From positions 1 through 61,680 of the IMG/VR virus record IMGVR_UViG_3300036830_000246: 61,680 nt of DNA; one strand, given 5' to 3'. A model generated the notes under the pieces. It searched no databases. It saw nothing but the letters and a program-made list of their open reading frames with translations, and was not told the origin of the DNA. This document shows, piece after piece, positions 55,704-61,680 of this stretch (its first letter is position 1; each line of letters begins with the position of its first letter). A program made the position numbers and the translations under genes. The stretch comes from a virus. Taxonomy: Duplodnaviria > Caudoviricetes.

Positions 55704-56080
55704 TCTTCCGCCGCGCAGCGCCAATAAGTTACCCACCGCTCCTGCCGCCGTTTGATTTCGCCTCGCATCGTCGCGTTGTTGAACTCCATGCGCGCGCAAC
55801 CCCAGTTCTCCAACAAAGGTCTCGTGCGCCACCAAAGCACCCTGCGCTGCGAAGACGGCCTCCCGTCCATCCACTTCGCCAGCGTGGCAATTGCATCCGC
55901 GGGGTCACGATGGAACGCGAGCGGATCGGTCATTTCGCCTTCCGGCTTGTGAAAGCCCGAAGCGAAGGTCTGGTAAATGAGACCCGTGGGGGTTTGGTCG
56001 TAGCGGGGCTGGTCCTGGTCAAACTGCACGACGCGCTTGAACCGGCTTTCCACAAGCGCCGTGGCCTCTTCGAGATTCAT
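55700..56080 (-). CDS. Hypothetical protein
   Basis: ATGA overlap; LWWRTRP. Confidence 0.6.
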   Translation of the reverse strand: MNLEEATALVESRFKRVVQFDQDQPRYDQTPTGLIYQTFASGFHKPEGEMTDPLAFHRDPADAIATLAKWMDGRPSSQRRVLWWRTRPLLENWGCARMEFNNATMRGEIKRRQERWVTYWRCAAEE

Positions 56081-56697
56081 TCCCGCAATCCCTTGAGGAG
56101 CTCGTCCAGCTGCGCGGCTTCCGCTGCCCGATACATGGCCCATCGCATCTGGATTTCCTTCCCCAAATCGGGCCAGAGCTTATTGATCGCCCGCGCGAGG
56201 TCGCGGACGCCCGCGAGGGGATTCGACGCGTCCGCAATCTCGACGATTGCCTTCGTGACGACACCGAGACTGAACTCGTTCTGGGTAAGCTCATGGCTTC
56301 GTGCCGCCGCGAGCACCTTGCACGACATTTCCGAGAGACCCGGCGGAGACACGCTGTTCGCGTCAGGGGAAGGCGAAGGCCTGAGCTGGAAAGCTTGGCC
56401 TGCCGGCACGGCAACGCTCCTGAGCATCTCGATCGTGATCGCCGCCGCCACCATGGCGTCGTCCATCTCCCGGATTGCGTCGGCCCAGCCGTGAACGGGC
56501 TCTTTCATAGCCCTGAGATTTTCAATGACCTTAACTGTTTCCTTCGAAAGCTTTTCATGCAGATGGGCAGATGCGGCGTCGCGCTCCTGCACGAGAGCCA
56601 TGAGCGCGCATTCGAGGTCGACCCGCGACGCCGTCATTATGCCGACGCCGGTACGGCACGCCTCCATGAGACCGAGAGTTCTTTCGCTGTGAATCAT
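56077..56697 (-). CDS. Hypothetical protein
   Basis: AAGGAGG RBS. Confidence 0.65.
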   Translation of the reverse strand: MIHSERTLGLMEACRTGVGIMTASRVDLECALMALVQERDAASAHLHEKLSKETVKVIENLRAMKEPVHGWADAIREMDDAMVAAAITIEMLRSVAVPAGQAFQLRPSPSPDANSVSPPGLSEMSCKVLAAARSHELTQNEFSLGVVTKAIVEIADASNPLAGVRDLARAINKLWPDLGKEIQMRWAMYRAAEAAQLDELLKGLRE

Positions 56698-56824
56698 TTC
56701 GCCCCTCCTTGGCAGGACGACAGGGAAGCATCATGGCGATGCGCGTTACAAGCGAAAAAGCGATTGCGCCCGTCACGATCCCCCGGCATGGTGGCGGCGC
56801 TCACGCGTCAAGGAGCTCCATCGC

Positions 56825-57316
56825 ATGATCAGTCTGCAACTCGTCACCATCGCACTCGTTCTCATCACGTTGGTGGTGCTCTGCATGATCATAGGCGCCC
56901 TGACGGCGCTCCAGGCACAAACCTTTTTCACAGGAGAGATTGAAATGGCAGCACTTGACGACCTTGAAGCCGAGGTAGCGGCGGAAACCACAGTGGAGGG
57001 CTCGGCCGTCCTCTTGTTGCAGCGGCTTGGAACCGAGCTCCAGGGCGCGATCAACGCCAACGATCCCGCAAGGATCCAGGCGATCACGACCGCGCTCAAG
57101 CAGAATGCCGACACCCTCGCGGCAGCCGTGACGGCCGGCACCACGATCGCGGATGCGGCCGCGCCCCCGCCCGCGACGCAACCACCCGCGCCCACGGGAG
57201 ACACGGGAAACGCCGGCACGAGCGCGTCGAGCGACGCTTCGCAAACTGGGACCGACGCTCGGGCCACGAGCGTCCCCACGTCGTCGACTCCTGGATCTGA
57301 CACGCCGGCCGCATAA
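56825..57316 (+). CDS. Membrane-anchored coiled-coil protein (lone plus-strand gene)
   Basis: AAGGAG before 56825; N-terminal TM; a second RBS/ATG at 56945; L.AEVAAETTVEGSA..LL...LAAAV.A.T. Confidence 0.7.
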   Translation: MISLQLVTIALVLITLVVLCMIIGALTALQAQTFFTGEIEMAALDDLEAEVAAETTVEGSAVLLLQRLGTELQGAINANDPARIQAITTALKQNADTLAAAVTAGTTIADAAAPPPATQPPAPTGDTGNAGTSASSDASQTGTDARATSVPTSSTPGSDTPAA

Positions 57317-57339
57317 CGCCCTCATTCGAGGTCGAGAAA

Positions 57340-57383
57340 ATGAACAAGGGCCCGGAGGAACGACCTCTGGGCCTTTCGTTCAT
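57340..57383. terminator. Bidirectional terminator
   Basis: ATGAAC-AAGGGCCCGGAGG / CCTCTGGGCCTTT-C-GTTCAT between convergent genes. Confidence 0.7.
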
Positions 57384-57403
57384 CCGAGGGATGGATCAGC
57401 CCG

Positions 57404-57754
57404 CTATTCTGGATCGCACGCGAACGGCGGCAGGGCGGGCAACGCCACCGTCTGGCCCCTGAGCGCGTGGGTGCAATCGGGCTGGAAATGTAACTTCCCC
57501 GCCGTGAGGACGTAATGGCAGCAATAGGGCAGCGCCTTGCCGTCCGGTCCACGCACCCATTCCCCCGTCCGTTTGTCCTTGTCGTCGACCACGGTTTGAA
57601 CGCCCGTGATGGAAACGCTCGGCTGGAAAGTGGGAAGGTCCACGTTGCCGTCGAACGTCCAGTCGTCCGGGATGAGGTGCATTGAGCGGCAACCCGGGCA
57701 CCAATGGCCGTAGCCCGTGGTCCCGCGCCGCAGGTACGCGCTCACTTGGTTCAC
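57404..57754 (-). CDS. DUF6527-like protein
   Basis: HWCPGC..MH...WTFDGNVDLPTFQPSV...CHYVLTAGKLHFQPDCTHALRGQTV.LP. Confidence 0.8.
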   Translation of the reverse strand: MNQVSAYLRRGTTGYGHWCPGCRSMHLIPDDWTFDGNVDLPTFQPSVSITGVQTVVDDKDKRTGEWVRGPDGKALPYCCHYVLTAGKLHFQPDCTHALRGQTVALPALPPFACDPE

Positions 57755-57948
57755 CTTCGTCCCCCCCGTTGGTGGTCCTTCGCCTTGGGCTTTTTCAGCT
57801 GCGAGACATAACGAGGCCGCAACTGGGTCTTGATCTTCCGGCCGGACTTGCGCTCCGCCTCTGCATCGAGGAGGTCGATCTGCCGACATGCAATATGCGC
57901 GGGATGAACCCTGTTACAGGCCCGGCAAAGGATTTGAGCCGTCTTCAT
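57751..57948 (-). CDS. Small Cys/His protein
   Basis: CRAC...H....C; basic tail. Confidence 0.5.
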   Translation of the reverse strand: MKTAQILCRACNRVHPAHIACRQIDLLDAEAERKSGRKIKTQLRPRYVSQLKKPKAKDHQRGGRR

Positions 57949-57972
57949 GCCGATCGCCTTTCTGCCCCGCAA

Positions 57973-58269
57973 TCATACCCGATCCTCGTCCGCGCGCTTG
58001 CGCAACGGCGTGGGGAAGGGGCCGTGGGGATATTTCACTTCCCACGAGCGGTCGCGTTTCTCCTCGCGTTCCCTCGCCACCGGTGGTTCCGGTCGTTTGA
58101 GCTCGCCCGCCCGGTAGAGCGCGACGGCTTGCGCGACCGTCACGCCCGTGGGCACGGGCACGCGCTCGATCTCGTCCCAGCGGTCGTCCTTCGAGCGTGG
58201 CTGGGAGCCAACGTGGTCGAGGGTGAAATGCGTCTGACCGGCGAAGCGAGTGAGAACGAGGTCCGTCAT
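57973..58269 (-). CDS. Hypothetical protein
   Basis: GGAGG RBS; ATGA overlap. Confidence 0.55.
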   Translation of the reverse strand: MTDLVLTRFAGQTHFTLDHVGSQPRSKDDRWDEIERVPVPTGVTVAQAVALYRAGELKRPEPPVAREREEKRDRSWEVKYPHGPFPTPLRKRADEDRV

Positions 58270-58571
58270 GGCGTAATTCCTCCAGCTGCGCCCGCGAGGC
58301 CGCAAAAGCCTTCCTCGCGATCGGGCTCGTAGTGCCCCTCCGGGATCGCGGCCGCCCCTCCGGGATGGTTCACCCATTTCCACTTCGTCCGCCACATCAT
58401 GCAGCCGGAGCCGATGCAGCGAGTTTCGTCATAGACGCTGTACGGCGCATCGCGCCTGGATGGTTCGTCAACCGGCTCGAGGGAGCGATTGACCGCCACC
58501 CCGCCCGCCCCCGCATTCAAGCCCATGCGTGTGAACGGGCACCATTTGGTTTTCGCATCGTCTTCCGTCAT
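58266..58571 (-). CDS. Conserved Cys-rich phage protein
   Basis: AKTKWCPF...CIGSGCMMWR...GFCGLAG. Confidence 0.75.
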   Translation of the reverse strand: MTEDDAKTKWCPFTRMGLNAGAGGVAVNRSLEPVDEPSRRDAPYSVYDETRCIGSGCMMWRTKWKWVNHPGGAAAIPEGHYEPDREEGFCGLAGAAGGITP

Positions 58572-58581
58572 CACCTTCTCC

Positions 58582-58815
58582 TCAACCGATCCGGCATTTC
58601 GCCACGGGTCCGAACCATTCGAAATCGTCCAGCCGGAAGCCGCGTGCGGCTCCAGATAAAATCGCAATCCCCTCAGCACGGTCGACGAATGTCACCGCCA
58701 CGGGGACCGGCTGACCACCCATCGCAAAGAGCGGACGTCCGTAATACCAACCTGTCATCGTGGGCTCGGACCGCATGCGGCGGTATTCGATCAGGTCCAC
58801 GTCCTTGATCGTCAT
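58582..58815 (-). CDS. Hypothetical protein
   Basis: PT..GWYY...FEWFGPV. Confidence 0.6.
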   Translation of the reverse strand: MTIKDVDLIEYRRMRSEPTMTGWYYGRPLFAMGGQPVPVAVTFVDRAEGIAILSGAARGFRLDDFEWFGPVAKCRIG

Positions 58816-59108
58816 GCGTCGCTCCCGATGGTCGTGCGCCCTTCCGGCCACCACGATGGGCACGAAAAGCGGCTCGTGAACACGATCTTTTCCCTCTCTT
58901 CCACGTCAATGTCCCCAGCATCGGGCCAGAATTCCAGCAACTGCGCGAGGTCTCGCGCGTAGGCGATCATGATTTGCGAGGCGGCCGTGAACTCGCCGGT
59001 CTCGGGATGGTGGGTGAGGGTCTCGCCCGAGCACCAAAAAGGTCCAGGGGCAGGCCACTTGAGCGGCCGGCCGTCTTCGCCTGGAACGGAAAAACGAGCG
59101 CGGATCAT
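58812..59108 (-). CDS. Conserved phage hypothetical protein
   Basis: RP.KWP.PGPFWCSG...FWPDA...FTSRF..P.WW. Confidence 0.7.
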   Translation of the reverse strand: MIRARFSVPGEDGRPLKWPAPGPFWCSGETLTHHPETGEFTAASQIMIAYARDLAQLLEFWPDAGDIDVEEREKIVFTSRFSCPSWWPEGRTTIGSDA

Positions 59109-59287
59109 AACTTGCCCATCCGTTCCCGGATCTCGCGCGACAAGTGCCACCGCGCCTTTTCGAGGATTTCCACATCCCCGCCGTGCGCACCCTCGTACAG
59201 CAACATGATCGCGTTCCCGAGGTGGAAGCCGAGGCGCCAGGTCTCCACCACATCGACGGGTTCGATCGTGCGCGCTTCACCCGGCAT
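59105..59287 (-). CDS. DUF3310-like protein
   Basis: IEPVDVV...GFHLGNAI...LEKARWHL. Confidence 0.65.
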   Translation of the reverse strand: MPGEARTIEPVDVVETWRLGFHLGNAIMLLYEGAHGGDVEILEKARWHLSREIRERMGKL

Positions 59288-59708
59288 CTATCCGTACTCC
59301 CGTGGACGCAAGTGTGATCTTTCCCCACCTGATCAGCACGCCCGTCCAGTTGCCGCCCGCGACTGCCTCAGGATGATCGTGGCGCCAAAAGTCTTCGAGA
59401 TCCGTCCAATCGCGGAAGCCGTCCCGGACCGCGAAGCCGTTGAGGTCTTTCTCCCCCGTGATCAGCGCGTAGTGACTGATGCCGACGGCTGCAGCGCGGG
59501 ATTCGCGCTCGAAATACACGGTAACGGGCTCGACCCCGATGCACGTCGCGGTCCCGATCAGGCGGCAAGCCCGTGATCGCATGGCAAAATAATGCTGGAT
59601 CGTCTCGCCTTCGAAGGCGTGCCGCTTGCGCTCGTTCCTCATCGTCTGCCGCTTGACGCCGGATTCAATCAGCGGGACGAACCGCTCACGATAGCTATAC
59701 GCGACCAT
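59277..59708 (-). CDS. ASCH-like domain protein
   Basis: F...IESGVKRQTMR, FAVRDGF, LIRW. Confidence 0.75.
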   Translation of the reverse strand: MVAYSYRERFVPLIESGVKRQTMRNERKRHAFEGETIQHYFAMRSRACRLIGTATCIGVEPVTVYFERESRAAAVGISHYALITGEKDLNGFAVRDGFRDWTDLEDFWRHDHPEAVAGGNWTGVLIRWGKITLASTGVRIDAG

Positions 59709-59779
59709 CACGAATCCCTCCTGGCGAAGGCACGGAGGAAACCACGCGCTTCGCCACCGCGCAATCGCTTTTTCGCTAT

Positions 59780-59941
59780 TTACGGAAAGAGCTGGATCAG
59801 AACCACGACGGCGGCGGCTCCCGCCATCATGAAGCACGCGACGCGACGCTGCGAGGCCGTGCCCCTCAGGCCTGCGGCGATGCCCATCGCGCCGCCGCTG
59901 AACGCCAGCGCTGTCGCGAAAGCGTCCGCTGCCGTGTGCAT
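59780..59941 (-). CDS. 53-aa membrane peptide (not in the ORF track)
   Basis: MHTAADAFATALAFSGGAMGIAAG...FMMAGAAAVVVLIQLFP; overlap with the upstream stop. Confidence 0.5.
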   Translation of the reverse strand: MHTAADAFATALAFSGGAMGIAAGLRGTASQRRVACFMMAGAAAVVVLIQLFP

Positions 59942-60372
59942 CACGAGCTCCGGCTTTCAAAGCGTGCGATCGCGCTCGCGGCAATGGCATGGACCTTCGC
60001 GACGTCGTGGTCCTTGAGCGCGCGAATGAGCTCTTCGCCGCCGATTTCCTTGGCCGCGTCCCACCGCCCGCTGTTGAACGTGTCGGCGTTGTGGATCAAG
60101 AGCAGCTCGATCTCCTCCAGGGTGTCGCGCACGTCCTGGACGTCGCGCCGCGTGAGGACGTGGCCGGCCGCGAGCTCGTAGAGGCGCACGGGAGCGGCTC
60201 CGTCGCCGTTGTAGTCCGGCAGGTCTACGGGCGCGTAGGCCCAGCGGGACGCCTTCGCGAGGCGCGCGAAGTCCGTTTCCCGGCGTTTCACCCCGTAGAG
60301 GAAGCCGCCGAGCCAGAAGAAACCCGAAGCCGCGATCGTCCCGGACAGAAGCGCGATCGTGTCCCAGTTCAT
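59941..60372 (-). CDS. Membrane-anchored hypothetical protein
   Basis: N-terminal TM; ATGA overlap. Confidence 0.65.
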   Translation of the reverse strand: MNWDTIALLSGTIAASGFFWLGGFLYGVKRRETDFARLAKASRWAYAPVDLPDYNGDGAAPVRLYELAAGHVLTRRDVQDVRDTLEEIELLLIHNADTFNSGRWDAAKEIGGEELIRALKDHDVAKVHAIAASAIARFESRSS

Positions 60373-60662
60373 TGCAGGATGTCCTCCAGCTCTTTGTAAA
60401 ACCCTTCGGCGGCGCGGAAATCCCCCGCGCGCAGGCGCGCGACGCGGTCGATGTCACCCCGCCGCGTGCGGATTTCCAGCACGGTGCCGTCTGGCATTCC
60501 ACGCAAACTCTGCAACGTGGCAAATGGCCGAAGCGCGGCCTTGGATTTCCCCGCCAGCCGGCGGTAGACGCCAATGGGCGTTCCCGTTCCGAGGTTCGCG
60601 CCCAGGAACAGTCCCACGACGAAGACCCCGATCAGCGCGCCGACGATCCGCACGGCATCCAT
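60369..60662 (-). CDS. Membrane-anchored hypothetical protein
   Basis: MDAVRIVGALIGVFVVGLFLG TM. Confidence 0.6.
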   Translation of the reverse strand: MDAVRIVGALIGVFVVGLFLGANLGTGTPIGVYRRLAGKSKAALRPFATLQSLRGMPDGTVLEIRTRRGDIDRVARLRAGDFRAAEGFYKELEDILQ

Positions 60663-60663
60663 T

Positions 60664-61581
60664 TCAAACTCGCGCACGCAGGTGGGCGATGCGGTCGCTG
60701 GCAAAGCCTGCGGAATTCTTGTGGCCCCCGCCCCCGTATGCGAGCGCGATCTCCGACACGTCGAAATCTCCCCGAGACCTCAGGCTGTATTGAAATTTTC
60801 CGTCCGCGCGCTCGAAATAGCAGGCGCCGAACGCATAGCCAGGCCCCACCGCGAGCTCGCCCGCGACTTCGGAGGCGAACGCGTAAGGAGCGTTGGCGAT
60901 AAGGAATGTCGTCGTCCCAGGGCAAAAGGTCGCCTCATAGGCCTCGCGCTTCGAAGCTTCGACCTGCTGGCGGTAATAGCGCTGGATCCCACGGCCTTCC
61001 GCGAACACGGCTTCGGGATTGGTCTCGAAATGCGCCACGGCGGAATCCCACACGGGGAACGTCATGGGAAAAGACCGCACCCAGATGGTGAATTCGTCGC
61101 CGTTCGGGAGCGCCTTGCGCCAGAGGTCGCGGTCCTGAACGTAGTAAACGAACGCCGGCGGCTCGTCCGCCGAGTGCGATAGGCTCCACGCGAGCATCGC
61201 GCCCGAGCGCTTCATGTCGAAGAATGCCGCGATGCGCGGGAAGGAATCCGGGGGATGTTTGCGGTGCACCGCCTGGCGGGCGAGCCAGCCCTGCACGGTT
61301 AGCGTGGGCATGGAGGGAAAGGCCTGGAGGTCTTCTTCCGCCGTCTTGTGATGGTCGATGACGAGGATCGAGTGCGCGGTCCGCGCCATCTCCTCGATCA
61401 CGGGCCTTTTGTAGGAGAAATCCACCATGATGACGTCGCGCCCAAGCACGTCCGGCGGGGCTTCCTGGTAAATGCCGAGATGGAAATCACAGGCGTCGTC
61501 CCCAAGTGCGTGACGCAGCGCCCACGCGGCGGTGAACCCGTCGTCACAGTGGCCGTGGTAGATCACGAGTGGCTTGTGCAT
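60664..61581 (-). CDS. DHH/DHHA1 family phosphoesterase
   Basis: YHGHCDDG, VDFS, IDHH, QDRDLW, SLRS, GGGGHKNSAGF. Confidence 0.92.
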   Translation of the reverse strand: MHKPLVIYHGHCDDGFTAAWALRHALGDDACDFHLGIYQEAPPDVLGRDVIMVDFSYKRPVIEEMARTAHSILVIDHHKTAEEDLQAFPSMPTLTVQGWLARQAVHRKHPPDSFPRIAAFFDMKRSGAMLAWSLSHSADEPPAFVYYVQDRDLWRKALPNGDEFTIWVRSFPMTFPVWDSAVAHFETNPEAVFAEGRGIQRYYRQQVEASKREAYEATFCPGTTTFLIANAPYAFASEVAGELAVGPGYAFGACYFERADGKFQYSLRSRGDFDVSEIALAYGGGGHKNSAGFASDRIAHLRARV

Positions 61582-61680
61582 GTGTTCGTTCCCTCAAAGC
61601 AGCTTCGATTGCACGACGCCTTCCAGCGTCGCGATAATGGCCGTCATGGCCGCGATCTCGTGGTCCGCCGTCGCCTGCTT
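61554..61680. repeat. Terminal direct repeat, right copy
   Basis: Exact copy of 1-127, giving a unit genome length of 61553 bp. Confidence 0.95.

Overview
The window is an apparently complete, circularly assembled ~61.55 kb GC-rich tailed phage genome. Bases 1-127 are repeated exactly at 61554-61680, as expected from an assembler k-mer overlap. The virion is podovirus-like: P22 gp4/gp10-type tail hub, ejection proteins and a 2636-aa polyvalent protein. The host is very probably an alphaproteobacterium, since the phage encodes GcrA, MucR/Ros and GapR-like proteins. Layout: replication (YdaU/DUF1376 initiator with an internal iteron-like origin, DnaB) on the minus strand at 41-2819; a long plus-strand late operon at 3083-40202 (terminase, intein-containing portal, GroES, scaffold, capsid, tail, ejection proteins, lysis); early/accessory blocks at 40102-61581. 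I found no integrase or clear CI repressor. Highlights: (1) a circularly permuted, closed tRNA-like RNA at 2930-3089 (T-arm before D-arm, YrlA-like topology, no Ro60 gene) whose closing stem covers the RBS and start codon of the first late gene; (2) a cell-cycle toolkit of GcrA with five GANTC sites (three YGAKTCG) in the dnaB/late divergent promoter, MucR, GapR-like, DnaA domain IV-only and NrdR Zn-ribbon-only proteins, and a parS-like palindrome; (3) a two-frame, EcoHK31I-type split C5 methyltransferase with an in-frame amber codon, in a repeat-flanked island; (4) a phage PEP-CTERM protein; (5) a Tlde1/YkuD-fold enzyme in the endolysin position; (6) a recurring intergenic operator-like motif. 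All family assignments come from motif recognition by eye; no searches or folding programs were run.
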